From: Lama guanicoe
Taxonomy: Eukaryota
DNA: 64,000 nt
NCBI GenBank assembly: GCA_013239625.1
Contig: MU053810.1
Location: forward strand, 3,049,518 to 3,113,517
Direction: 5' to 3'
The position numbers and the translations under genes were made by a program. Below are positions 26,440 to 39,108 of the stretch, piece by piece. The notes under the pieces are model-generated. The model was given only the letters and a program-made list of their open reading frames with translations, was not told the origin of the DNA and searched no databases. Within the stretch, counting starts at the first letter, position 1; the number at the start of each line of letters is the position of its first letter.

Positions 26440-26838
26440 CATAAAATACAATAATACATCAATTAAAAGGAATGAAATACTGATGCATTCTATGCCACAG
26501 ATGAATTTCAAAAGCATTATGCTACAGGAAAGAAGCCTGTTACAAAAGAGTAGGTATTATATGATTCTCTTTATATGAAATGTCCAAAATAAGGAAATCT
26601 ATAAAGAAAGAAAGTAGATTAATGTCTGTCTTAGGCTAGGGAGGTGGGAAGCAGGGTTCAGAAGAAAGGGAATAACTGCTAACAGATACAAGGTCTCTTT
26701 GGCAAGTAATGAAATGTTCTAAAATTAGATTGTAGGGATGCTTACACAGCTCTGTGAATATATCAGAGACATTTAATTTTACATTTTAAATGGGTGGCAT
26801 TTATGGTGTTAAAACTATATCAACAAAGCTGGTAAAAA
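26440..26838 (+). mobile_element. L1MB-like 3' end inserted in L1 ORF2
   Basis: aaaaggaatgaaatactgatgcat, gaaagtagattaatg, tgttctaaaattagattgt. Confidence 0.8.
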
Positions 26839-27950
26839 TAACAATATAGAATTACACCTGAAAAACCCACAAATATTTTTAAATAACACACTTATAAGTA
26901 CTCCATGGATCAAAAAAAAAATCTAAGTGTAAATTAGAAAGCACTTTGAATTGAATGAAAATGAAATATAACATACAATTAATGTAGTATGGAGAGAGAA
27001 GTTTATTGCACTACAACACTTATACAAGAAAAAAGTCTTATAATGACCTTGCTTCCATCCTAAGAAACTAGAGAAAGGAGAATCAATGAACCCCAAAGCA
27101 AGAAGAAAAGAAATAATGAAATTCAGAGAAGAGATCAGCAAACCAGAAAATAGAGGGGAAAAAATAGAGAAGAATCCATGAAACCAAAGTTCGATCTTTT
27201 CTATAGATCTTTGAGAATATCTATAAAACTGATACAATCCTAACCATACTGGTCAGTAGAAAACAAATTTCTAGTATCAAGGATGAGAGATGACATCATT
27301 GCAGATTCTACTGTTAGGAAAAGGATTATTAGGGAATGTTATAAACAACTTCATGTCAGTAAGAATGTAGATGAAATGCACAGATTTCTTGGAAGACACA
27401 AACAAGCTTACTAAAAAAAAGTAGCTAACGTGAACAGCCCTTTATCTATTAAGCAGCCGTCTATCGTTAAAAACCCTTCCCACAGAGAAAATTACACCCC
27501 CAGATGGCTTCATTGTTAAATTGTATCAGATATACAAGGACAAAAATACCATTCTAGGAAAGCTCTTCTGAAAAACTGAATTGAAGGGAATATTCCCAGC
27601 TCATTCCATAAAGCCAGAATTACTGTGTAGCCAAAACCAGACAAAGATATTACAAGAAAATAAAATTATAGACTGATATCGCTCATGAACACAGATGCAA
27701 AATTCTCAAAAAAGAAAAAAGAAAATCTAGCAATATATAAAAAGGAAAATACCTCATGGCCAAGTGGGTTTATTCCAGGATAGTGAGGTTGATATAAAAT
27801 TCAAAAATCAAACAGTATAACTTACCAAGTTAATAAAACAACAAAAACCCCCAAACCTATATGATCATCTCAAATGACCTAGAAAAAGCATTCAATAAAA
27901 TCTAGCATTGATACTTGATAAAAACTCTCAGAAAACTAGGAATAACAAGA

Positions 27951-28837
27951 CTGGTTTTAGCACAATGAGCTCAGCTGTCACTAGGTACGACCTTTCAGGC
28001 TCTACATTCTCTCCTGATGGGAGAGTTTTCAAGTTGAGTATGCTTCGAAGGCTGTGGAATATGCTAGTCCTGCTACTGGAATCAGATGTACAGATGGCGT
28101 TGTCTTTGGGGTAGAAAAATTAGTTCTTTCTAAACTTTATGAAGAAGGTTCCAACAAATGACATTTTCATGTTGATCGGCATGTTGGAATGGCAGTAGCA
28201 GGTTTGTTGGCAGATGCCCGTTCTTTAGCAGACATTGCAAGAGAAGAGGCTTCCAATGTTAGATCTAACTTTGGATATAACATTCCACTAAAGCATCTTG
28301 CAGACAGAGTGGCCACGTGTCTACATGCCTATACATTCTACAGTGCTGTTAGAACTTTTGGCTGCAGTTTAACGTCAGGGTCTCACAGTGTCAATGACGG
28401 TACACAACTCTACATGACGGACCCATGGGGTGTTTCATATGGTTACTGGGGCTGTGCCATTGGCAAAGCCAGGCAAGCTGCAAAGACAGAAATAGAAAAG
28501 CTTCAGATGAAAGAAATGACCTGCTGTGATGTTGTTAAAGAAGTTGCAAAAATAATTTACATAGTACACGATGAAGTTAAGGATAAAGCTTTTGAACCAG
28601 AACTCGGCTGGGTTGGTGAAATAACTAAAGGCATGAAACTGTTCCAAAAGATTTAAGGGAAGAGGCAGAGAAATATGCTACGGAATCTTTGAAGGAAGAA
28701 GATGAATCAGATAATGATAACATGTAACAAACAGCAACTATTTTAAATCTAATACAGTCCCGTTTAACTATTTAGCCCTGTGGATTACTACATACCCGTA
28801 GACCAATTTTCATTGAATTTTTGTCTTGTGAAAAAAA
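27951..28837 (+). pseudogene. PSMA3: Processed pseudogene of proteasome subunit alpha type-3
   Basis: Intronless full CDS from ATG 27965 to TAA 28725-28727 ([21 protein letters not shown]...[22 protein letters not shown]...[10 protein letters not shown]); 1-bp deletion ~28028, TGA at 28159-28161, frameshift ~28631; 3' UTR and A-tail; host L1 resumes collinearly. Confidence 0.97.
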
Positions 28838-30430
28838 CGAAACAGGAAACTTCTTTAAACTGGTAAAAGGCATTTATGAAAAACTAGAGCTAACATCATA
28901 TTTAATAAAGGACCAGAAAAAACAAAACAAAACAAAACTAGAGCCAGTGTCATAGTAAAGGACTGAATGTTTCCCTCTTAAGATCAGGAAGAAGACAATA
29001 ATGCCCATTAACACTGCTTCCATTCAACTTTGTACTGGAGTTCTAAATTCTACCCAGTGCCAAAAGGCCAAAAAAATTAATCATCCAGATAGGAAAATGA
29101 ATGAATTTTTTTTTAAGTGAAAGCAAGTTTATTCAGGGAGATACACACTCCATAAAAAGAGTGTGGGCTGTCTCAGAAGGCAACTGAGGCTCCGGGAGAT
29201 GGAGTTGTCTTGGAAAGTCAGAGCAGCCTGAAATTTTAAAAAGCAGCGTAGCATCGAAAATATGAAAGGTTTAGGTATAAATATGATTAAAAGATGTTAA
29301 GACCTGCTCACTGAAAACTACAAGACACTGCTGAAATTTCAAAAGACCCAAATACATGGGGAGTTCTGTTTGTGGTCTGCAGAAGTCAATATGTTAAGCA
29401 GTCAGTTATTCCCCAATTAATACATTCACATTCAAAATTCCAGAAGGCTTTATTTATTTATTTTTTTCTTTTGTAAAAATTGACAAACTGGTTCTTGGAG
29501 ATGCCAAGGATCTAAAATAGCCAAAGTGCTATTGAAAAAAGTGACAAATTTGTAGGATTTATACTGCTTGGCTTCAAAATGCATCATAAGGCTACAGTTA
29601 TCAAGACAGTGTTTTACTGGCATCAAGACAGGCAAATGTATCTAAAGAGCAGAACAGAGTCACCAAAAACAAACCTACACATATATAGCCAATGATTTCT
29701 GACAAATATGCAAAGGCACTGGTTTGGTAAAAAAGGGTAGTCTTTTCAATAAATGATGCTGGAACATTTGACTATCCTTGTGCAAAACAAAAATGAATAA
29801 AAAATGTTGATCTGTACCTCACACCTTTACAAAAGTTATCTCAAAATATATCATAGACCCGAACATTAAATATAAAACTAAAAAAAAATCTCTAGAAGAA
29901 AAATGTTGTGACCTTAGGTTTGGCAGTGATTTCTTAGATATAACACCAAAAGCATAAGTCATAAAAGAAAACGTTGATAAACTGGGCATCATCAAAATTA
30001 AAAACTTTGGCTCTTCAAAAAATACTCTTAAGACAACCCACAGAATGGGAGAAAATATTTGCAAGTTGAACAACTTGCATCTAGGACATATAAAAAACTT
30101 TTAAAATTCAAAGTTCAATAATAAGAAAACAGATGCCTTAATGAAAAATGGAAACAATCTAAACAGACACTTCACCAAAGAAGATGTGTTGATGACAAAC
30201 AATAGTCAATAGGGAAATGCAAAATAAAACTCCCAGGAGAGAACACTGTGCACCTCAGAACTGCTAAAATTAAAAAGACTAACCATACCAAGTATTGGCA
30301 AGGATATGGAGGAAACAGAACTCACATATACTAACTGGTGGGGAAGTGAAATGTCACAATCACTTTGGAAACAGTTGGAAGGTTTCTTAAAAAGTTAAAC
30401 ATATGTCTACCACATGATCCCACAATTCTT

Positions 30431-30497
30431 TTTTTTTTTGTTGGTATATATTTTTATTGAAGTATATAGTCCATTTACAATGTTGTGTATTTTTCCC
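30431..30497 (-). mobile_element. 67-bp extreme 5'-truncated L1 tail with 12-bp TSD
   Basis: poly-T + ttattgaagtatatagtccatttacaatgttgtg; TSD cccacaattctt at 30419-30430 and 30498-30509. Confidence 0.85.
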
Positions 30498-31643
30498 CCC
30501 ACAATTCTTCTCCTAGGTATTTACCCAAGATAAGTGAAAAAATATGTTCATAGACTTGCACATGAATGTTCATAGTAGTTTTATCGGTCATAATCCACAA
30601 CTGGAAACAACCCAAATGCCCATCAACAGATAAATGGGTAAATAAATTACAGTCTATCCATACAACGGAGTACTACCCAGCATACAAAGGAATAAACTGT
30701 TAATACAGTCAATAGTATGGATGAATCTTGAAATAATCATGCTGAGTGAAAGAAGCCAAAGAAAAGTACATACTGTTCTATGGCTCTATTTAAATAAAAT
30801 TCTAGAAAATGCAAAAGTAATCCATGGTGACAAAAAGCAGATCAAATTTCCCGGGAATGGAGAGAATAAGTTGGAAAGAGACATGAAGAAACTTCTGGAG
30901 TGATTATCTGATTGCGGTATCTAATTGTACACTTTAAATACCTACAGTTTATTGTATGTCATTCATACCTCAATAAAGCTGCTAAAAACTCATCAAAATG
31001 AGCTATAAACGCCTTTTTTAGAAATAATGCATGGTTTAAGAAACAGATGGTTGAAGTAGTATGTAGCAAAAACAAAAAAATCATTTTGAATTTCAAAGGT
31101 TCTGTTTAAGGCATAACATAAACTAGATCTTTTTTTTATTATTAATTATTGGTTTGATGAAATGCTACCTCCTGATAAAGTCAAAATTCATTAACCTCAG
31201 ATGGTCATTTTCCCTCCTCAGGAAAACATACTGCATCAGTGGATTTATAAATATTTAATGCTATCATAGGGGACTTTAAAAGTGCTGTACACTATGACTT
31301 GTGGAGAAACAAAGTATATAACTAAATCTGAAGACTAAGATATAATTTAAAAAAATGTGTTCAAAAAGAGCATTTAAGGGTGTCAGTAGAGGAAAGTAAA
31401 AAGAAGAAATAGATAAGTATGGAGGCTATGAGATAAGGTGCCTGTTAAATGCACTTAATACCTGCAGTTTGGCAGAAACATGAGAATCAGATTGAGCCCC
31501 ATTATTAGAATAATAATTACAAGATAATGAGGAGGAGATTGATCCTCTTTGACTACAATAATTCCCCATAATAGAAATAAGTCCGAGAAGGAAGTTTTCC
31601 CAACTAAGGGTTGACGATCTTCCTGATGACTGAGCGGAGTTGG

Positions 31644-31724
31644 TTTTGTTTTATTTTTAATTGAAATATATTCAACACATAACACCGTGTAAATATAAGG
31701 TATACAACGTGTTAATTTGACACA
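31644..31724 (-). mobile_element. Short L1 3' tail
   Basis: ttttaattgaaatatattcaacacataacaccgtgtaaatataaggtatacaacgtgttaatttga. Confidence 0.7.
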
Positions 31725-31766
31725 CTCAGCACTGAATGTATAAATACATTTAGATATTGAATAGTG

Positions 31767-31895
31767 TTTTTTAATTTTTAATTTTTTAGGGGGGAATTAG
31801 GTTTATTTATTTAGTTTTAATGGAGATACTAGGAATTGAATCTAGGACCTTCTGCATGCTAGACACACACTCTACCACTCAGCTATACCCTCCCC
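31767..31895 (-). mobile_element. tRNA-derived SINE (Vic-1-like)
   Basis: ctaggaattgaatctaggacc...actctaccactcagctataccctcccc; degenerate TSD ttgaatagtgtttt / ttgaatggaatttt. Confidence 0.9.
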
Positions 31896-32299
31896 ACCCT
31901 TGAATGGAATTTTAAAATAAAGAGAGTGAAGCTGAAGCCCTCTGAATCCAATAGCCCATTAGGTGGTAACATGCAAATTGGGCTGGGTTATAGGCTTGAG
32001 GTGGTTCAGCTTTTCTGCCACATTCATGATTCACTGGTTGGTTTAATTACATATTGAGCATCTACTGTGCATTGACACTTGGCCAAGTAGTCTTCAAAAT
32101 TCTGATCTATATTTTTATCATCTTCTCTTCTCAATTTCTTGCTATAACCAAATCATAGATGTCCCTTAGGGATACCAGTTGCCTCAAATGAAAGGCCTAC
32201 CTAAACATCCTCCCTCCTCCCTCCTGCCACTCCCTGCACATTATATCCTCTTCCCTTTGCAAAACCCCTGCTCCTTGGAGAATCAGCCTTCTATTTATA

Positions 32300-33765
32300 T
32301 CTCCCCCTCCCCCTCCCCAAAGCAATCATCTGCTGCCCCTCATTCATAAAAGACTAAGTGCTTGGCTTCAGGCTTCCTCAGCTCCAGTTCCTGCCACCAT
32401 CCTGAGTCATTTCAACACAAGCCTGGATGACTCACCAGCTAGTCATTCAATTCCTTGAATGCCTCCTCATTTGTGACTTCCCCTGTTCCACCTCAATAAC
32501 CTACTGCCAAGTCACACCTAGATCAGTCAGGAACTGCCTCATATCAAAACCTCATTCATTTATGCCCCCTTCCAACCACAACTTCCTGTCCTGCTTGTTC
32601 AACCACTTGGAGCATAACAGCTTTTGCCTTTGTCCCTTTCTTTCCTTTCTTCCTTCTTTCCTTCCTTCCTCTTCTTTTCGTCTCCTTTTTTCTTTCTCTT
32701 TTTCCTTTTTATCTTTTTAACTAATATTCCTCCACTTTCTAGCCACCCTCCTCTCTCCCATATTCACGTCTTCCTCAAGTCATTTTAAAAGTAAATACTA
32801 CTTACTAAACTGTCACATTATTTCTAATTTTTCTGCAGGTTCTTTAGGGTCTTTATGTACCTCATCTGCAAACAGTGACAGTTTTATTTTTTTCAGGTTC
32901 CTTCCTTTCTAATTCTTGTGCCCTTAATTTATTTTTCTTATCGTATTATTTTATCTGGACACACAGTATGATGATTTTATCTGGAACAAGTATGATGTAT
33001 TAGTAGAGTTTCTCTGAAAATCTAACCTAAATATTGCCTTTCTCTCAGTACCCAAGGCAAACTCCCCAGTTTAAGCCACCATTATCTTTCACTGGATCAC
33101 TAATCTAGCCTCCAAAATGGACTCCCCAGTTTTACTCTGTTCCTCTCTATTCCTTCTGCCCTTGACAGCCAGAGTAATTATTTTTTGAAAATACAATCTC
33201 GGTTATGTCATTGCTATGCCTTAAACCTTCCACTGGTTTATGACTGCACCTAGAATAAAATCCAAAAGCTTTAACATAGTGTACCTCTTCAAGCCCTTCT
33301 TTTTCCTCAAGCCAGGGTTTTGTCTTATTCACTAGATTTTACTCGCAGTACTTTCTTCTATTTCCTGAAGATGAAAAAGCTTTCTGCCTCAAGTCCTCCT
33401 CAGTGGCTGTTCTTTCTGCCTGGAATGCTCTTTGCCTCACACTTTGCCTAGAGAACTCCTATTCATCCTTCAGGGCTCAGAACTCCCCCAGAGAAGCCCT
33501 CCCACAACTCTAGACATTCAGTCAGCTCTTTCCTTTTTAATATTTCATTTAAACCTTCATTTTTTTCCTTCATTCTTTTCCTTCAAAGTATTGACTACCT
33601 TTTGTAATTACATATACTTATTTGTGTGGCTACTTAAAATATGACTCTCCCATTACACTGAAAGCTCTGTGTGTTTACCCCATCATCCCCAGCCTTTGGC
33701 ATTTTGCCTGGAAAATAGTGTGCTCTGAATAAATATTTATTGAATGAATAAACAGATGAATGAGG
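32300..33765 (+). mobile_element. LINE-2 fragments including 3' terminus (short antisense L1 piece at ~32830-33000)
   Basis: agccaccattatct, tagaataaaatccaaa, tctgcctggaatgctct, aataaatatttattgaatgaat tail. Confidence 0.8.
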
Positions 33766-35647
33766 ATATAAAGATGAATGAGACACAACTCTGGCTCAGA
33801 AAATGCACTCACAAATCTTTCCTTGAAGTCTCAATGATCTATTTTCCTTACCAGGATTAGAGATGGCAATAAGGAACAGCCTGAATCTAGACCTGAAAAT
33901 GGCAGGAGAAGCAAAACAAATTGGAGCAAGAAACTAAGCACAGGATTTATTCATTTCCTATCCAAATCCAGAAGCTAGGACAGCTAAAATACCCATGATT
34001 GGAATTTATTAGTTTGAATTTAGGCCTAAAAAATTCAATACTTACATTCCTTTTCACACACTTGTTGTTTATCTCTTAATTTCTTAATACAAGTTCTTCT
34101 TAAATAGTGTTATATGTGAGTGACTAAGGGAAAGATCCAAGCTTTTGCTTAGAAGTAAAACAAGTGGCAGCAACTTCACTTCCAAAGTCAGAAGCAGCCG
34201 AAGTCACTTTTAAAACACTGTCACATGGTAGGTACTCAATAGATGTTTGTTCAATAAATAAATAAATAAATAAATAGTTCACCATCAGCGAGAAGATTAA
34301 AAACTGGCCCCCTGAGTTGGCCAGCTCATTCTTCCACCATCTTTAAATCCAACCCTTAAATGTAGGACTAGTGAGGAAAGCACATACATTAAGGCAATGT
34401 TAACACTGAGACAGTTGAGTTACAATTCTGTCTAGGGGGTGGCAAGAGAATTCCCCACTAGCCCTAAGAGCTTCTCATCATTTCGGTATGAGAAACATGA
34501 GAACACAAGGACATGGCTGCAGGTCATCCAAAACACTCTGGCTCATTGAAGCAAAAGTGGAAGGAGACTGTGCCCTTCGTTCCCAGTTAAACCTGGTCAT
34601 TGGATCAGTTATGAGTCACTATGTTGCAGGCACCAGAAAAATCCACCTCAGACTGACTTAAACCATAATAACTCACTCGCACACAAGGGATGAGTCTGGA
34701 GGTAGACTGATGCCCTTCTAAGTTAAAAACAACTAAAACATAAAATTCTTCCAAGAAAATATATACATGCAAGAAAACAATATTAAGCAGGAGACAAAAG
34801 AAAGTATGAACACAGGTTTCAGGACAAGGGTTACGTGAGGTCAGGGAAGGCAGGGGATGAGATGGGGACGAGGGCCAGCTGGTTAAGACTCGGGTTATTT
34901 GTCAAGGTCCTAACTTTTGTATAGTGAGTTTGAGGGTGTTGGTTACATTACTGAAAATATAATCAATACATAAATAAGCACATTTAGTTGGAAGCATAAC
35001 AAAAAGAATTTCTGATTCTAGTTTAGAGTTCTAAGCCACTCCTACAAAGAATAAAAGCTGTTGTCACTGGGGTGCAGACTCTGTAATGGGGAGAAGGTTC
35101 AGGGAGAGTAACCTTCTGGGATCAGACAGGCACAGAGTCAGAGCCTTATTTTGCACTAAGAGAGGATTCATGCTGAAGAATTTTAGATAAAATAAATATG
35201 CACCTCTCTTATTTAAAAATAGAGAACAAATTTAAAGAATAGCCATTCCTAAATGCAGTAGGTTGATGGAATAAAATCAATAAACCAGGAAGAACTATCA
35301 GTGAGTGAGATGCTCCTTTCACTGTTAACTGAGAATTTGCAAATGCTATAAATTATTCACTTTGGCATCAATAGTTAATACAATTTAGTAATAGGAGAGC
35401 TATCAGATTAGGAAGCTAAATCTTAGGTCACATTTTGACAAGTAAGACCCATAGCAGTTAAGCCTGTCTCTTCTTTTACTGAGTTACTCTCAAATGAACA
35501 GGATCTTGAAATACTGTATCATGTGTTATGTGAGGCTTACAAGCACTAGAAAAAAAAAAAGCATTTCAATATTTCCCCCTGACTCTTTACTGATGTTGTT
35601 GGAGATTGGGTGGAAGTGGAGGTAAAACCTAAGTATGAGCCTTCGTT

Positions 35648-35774
35648 GGGGAGGATATATATATATAAGAACATGCTTAGCCTGTCCAAGGTCCTGGGTT
35701 CAATCCCCAGTACCGCCATTAAAAAGAACTAATTAAATACATAAACCTAATTAACACCCCTCCCCTCAAAAAAA
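35648..35774 (+). mobile_element. tRNA-derived SINE (Vic-1-like) with A-box replaced by (TA)n
   Basis: ggggaggatatatatatataagaacatgcttagc...ggtcctgggttcaatccccagtacc; TSD cctaagtatgagcctt (35628-35643) / cccaagtgtgagcctt (35776-35791). Confidence 0.9.
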
Positions 35775-36251
35775 CCCCAAGTGTGAGCCTTATAGGAAGT
35801 TTTTTTCTCCTTCAGACCATGTTTACAATTTTCTCCTAATGGTTGGTCAGTGTCTGACTAAAGCTGCGATTTCTCAGGCAAAGTAAAGTGAAGCTCAAAT
35901 GTGATCAATACAGAGAGACGAACTAAATCACAGGAGGAAAAAGAACCCTGGGAAGCAGCTGTTTCACACTATCTGCCTTCCTCCCCCACCCTTTCCCCAC
36001 CCCACAGGTTTACTCTTGAGGAAATTTTGACTCAGATTTCCATTGAACTCTTTTCCTCTATATCTAAGACTTAAAAATAAGCTTGCTGGTAGTGTGTTGA
36101 GCTGACATGGTGTGGGACTTAAATATTTACGAGTAAACCATATCATCAAATGTTACAAAAGTCAGAACACGCTGGTTTGTTTTTTGATCATGGTCAGCTT
36201 AGCCACAGAGAGACAAAAGCCAGGGTGATGGCTGAGTCTGGCCTGCCTCAC

Positions 36252-36388
36252 CAAGTTGTCCCAAATGATATAGAAATTACTGGAAAATCACCCTGTGGTT
36301 GTGTAGACTTGGCCATGCCTCCTAATGTCATAGTGGTTCTCTCCTCGTCAAGGATCCTGAAGTCCATGCTGGGCGTTTAAATACAAAC
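36252..36388 (-). pseudogene. Candidate 137-nt exon with stop(s) in every frame; best frame VCI*TPSMDFRILDEERTTMTLGGMAKSTQPQGDFPVISISFGTT
   Basis: Acceptor ttctcctatacag| and donor cttg|gtgagg. Confidence 0.35.
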
Positions 36389-36409
36389 CTGTATAGGAGA
36401 ACGTTTTTG

Positions 36410-36760
36410 AAGAAAGGTAACATGATTGATGATTTGGAGGGCAGTTCATGTGACAGGAGAATGCAATATGGATGGCACGGGGGAGACATAAGTGAGGCAG
36501 TTATTCCAACATTCTTTAGAGACAGTAATCGGGTCCTGAGCTTGGTTAAGGCAAGATAAGTAGGTTAGGAGGTAAGGAACAGAAAACAGATGAGTTCAGT
36601 ATTAAAGATGTTGAATTTGAATTATTATCAAGACATTGAATTTCAGCATATATAGTGGAAATGCAGAACTGATACTCTGGAAGGTAGCATTGGGACTGAA
36701 CTAAGGTGATAGGAGCCATCACTGAGGCTGTGAAAGACACCAGGTAGATCTGAAGGGTGA
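36410..36760 (-). mobile_element. LINE-2 fragment
   Basis: agatgagttcagtattaaagatgttgaatttga. Confidence 0.6.
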
Positions 36761-36874
36761 GTACCTGACCTCAGTGGCTTAGCAAATTATTACAGCTGCA
36801 CAAGTCCCAGCAGAATCCCCTCCGTCACTGTGTACTATGCTTAGAGGCTTTATCATCAGGACTCCTTCACAAGC

Positions 36875-36878
<4 letters not shown>

Positions 36879-36914
<36 letters not shown>
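36879..36914. repeat. (CA)18 microsatellite
   Basis: Perfect dinucleotide run. Confidence 0.98.
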
Positions 36915-36916
<2 letters not shown>

Positions 36917-36972
36917 AGGGTTCTCAAGGATTTAGGGAAAGAAAAAGATATGTCTTAGTTATAAAATGTTTG

Positions 36973-37543
36973 TGTGGGGAATAAAAACTTTTCTCCTACC
37001 CTCTTAGGTTCTGTGACTGGGCCTGAGAATTAAAGTGACAAAAGACAGGTTAACAGGAGAAAAGCGTACACATTCTATTTGATGTTACTATTTCTTGATG
37101 TACGCAGAGGGTGTCAAGTAAAAGAAACAAAGACCCAAAGAAATGGGTAGGCCTAAGAGTTTGTACGCCATTTTAGCAAAGAGTGAGAAATGATGGAGAC
37201 TTGATATGACAAAGGAAAAGGGGGTTGGGACTAGGGGTAGCAAACTGTGGGAAAGTGTCTAGGAAATAAATGGGGGAAGGTAATGAAAGGTAAGGGTTAT
37301 TGTAGTCAGATATTTTTACAGATTCATCTCAACATCCATTTCCTGTCTTGGGTGATAAGAACGTTCTTCTCTTTCTGCTACAGGGAGGGTACCTTTTCCA
37401 CAGGAAAAGCACGCCTTGCTTTTAGGAAAAAAGGAAGAGGACAGACAGCCCTTCCTCAATCTTCTGTTTCTCAAGTGCCTTCGGTTCAAAATATCCAATA
37501 CACCAAAGTGGGACACTGGTGTGGCATGTCCTGACCCCCTGTA
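36973..37543 (-). mobile_element. ERV1 solo LTR (MER67-like) with 4-bp TSD
   Basis: tgacaaaagacaggttaacaggagaaaagc ... tttctcaagtgccttcggttcaaaata ... ccaaagtgg; TSD tttg at 36969-36972 and 37544-37547. Confidence 0.8.
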
Positions 37544-37689
37544 TTTGCCATTCTTGGCTTAGCAAATTTTATACAAAATAAATACACCAAGATGTTAGCA
37601 CATGTGTATGAAGTACACTGCAATATTAAACAGATAAACACTGAAACTAAAATCATGTCGCTACTGCGTTACAGCATTTATTTCCTAGT

Positions 37690-38310
37690 TAATTCCTTCA
37701 GCACTGCAGCATCCTGCCAATCTAGAACTACAGTAAGCACTTTGGGAGATGAGAAAATGAAGCAGAAACCCAACTCTCCATGATCATTTTTCAAAGTAAG
37801 GCAAATTAGATATAGATGGAAGTAATGAATATTAATAAGCATAAGACAGGTTAGAAAGTCATGTAGTAAGACAGGGATACAAAATGCTATTGCAGACTGG
37901 GGGGAGGGAGGGGTGGTGACAAGGCTCAGGCACTTAGGACAGCTCCCTGAAGGACAAGACAGCTAAACTGGTCCTCGAAGTATAGTAGGGTTTGGAATGT
38001 GGAGATAAAGGAGATGGCTGTCACCAGGAAGAGGAGCAATGACACAGAGCTGGGAAAATGTAGCTGGTGGGGAAGGAAAGGCATGTGTTTGGTTTGAGCC
38101 AAGGGCAGGACTTACTGAAGGGAGGATTTTAAGATCGGAAATGTTGGTTAGGGTCAGGTCGTGACAGCTTCAAGGGTCATATCCTGAAGCCAGGGGGGAT
38201 CTTCTGAGGCTTTGGGGGGTTAGGAGGAGACATGGCGTGATCATAGCTATATTTCAGGAAGACAAAATGGCAACACTGTGTAAGATGGAAAGAGGAGGAC
38301 CATCTGGAGG
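37690..38310 (-). mobile_element. LINE-2 (L2c-like) fragment
   Basis: acaaaatgctattg, gtgatcatagctatatttcaggaaga; purine-rich antisense L2 pattern. Confidence 0.6.
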
Positions 38311-38973
38311 TGAGCAGAAATAAGGCATCTCAAATTAAGATGCAGGGATTATGTGTCATAACAAAGGATCCATCATCTTGTCACTGGGCCCTATTTAAAA
38401 TGGTGATCTTCTCAAACTAGGATAGAGAGGCAATTTTCTCTGTCTTAATATGAATTTCAGCCTAAGGATATTTTGTAAAAGTTAAATTTCTCACACAAAC
38501 AAGGCATCTTCTTGGAATAATTCTGTTAAAACTCAGGACGCCATGGAAGAGTCACGCAGGGCAGTGTCAGCTGCTTTCAATGAGTGCACATAACAACTTC
38601 TGAACCTTCAGACACTCCCCTGATCCACAGGTAAGGTGACATTCAGGTTTATTTTAAGTTTTACCGCTCTATTCATCAGAATGGTGGCTGAGGGAGAAAA
38701 ACAATCAGACTGACCTTTATTCAATACCATAAGCAACAGTAAACGATGTTAACTGGAAAGGTGTAAGGTTTTATGTAAGTATTTTTTGAGGCCAAAGACT
38801 GAGATAACATTAGGCAACACAGCCTAGGACTTCTAAGTGTATTCCAACATTAGCTGTTGAAACTTTCAAGATGATTAGACCTGATCTGCCCAACTCATCC
38901 TTGCTATATTCATGGGGAATGGAGAAAAATGAGACTTTGGGGTTATCTGGTATCCTTCACACTAGCAGCTTCT

Positions 38974-39108
38974 CTTTTTTAAAAAAATTATTTTTTAATT
39001 GAAGTATAGTCAGTTTACAATGCTGTGTCATTTTCTGGTGTACAGCATACTGTTTCAGTCATATGTATACACACATATATTCATTTTCATATTCTTTTTT
39101 CATTTAGG
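38974..39108 (-). mobile_element. Short L1 3' tail with 16-bp TSD
   Basis: ttgaagtatagtcagtttacaatg; TSD cacactagcagcttct (38958-38973) / cacactggcagtttct (39109-39124). Confidence 0.88.

Larger units (their letters stand above)
21824..30988 (+). mobile_element. Near-full-length ancient LINE-1 (L1MD-like) hosting nested insertions
   Basis: 5' end acttccagccaagatgg; ORF1 (aaaagcagccagagaa ~24990); ORF2 EN/RT/C-terminal remnants in collinear order; 3' end cagtttattgtatgtcattcatacctcaataaagctg. Confidence 0.85.

Noticed and set aside
28189..28656. 155-aa PSMA3 ORF as a functional gene
   Set aside because: Starts at an internal Met after a frameshift and stop, ends in a frameshift, and has no introns
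31462..31640. Segment open in two minus frames ending ctgcag|gtatta
   Set aside because: No clear acceptor (an L1 tail lies directly upstream) and the frame is ambiguous; mentioned only as a possible donor
38540..38636. Strong plus-strand donor cacag|gtaagg
   Set aside because: Isolated, with no clear acceptor or partner exons on the plus strand
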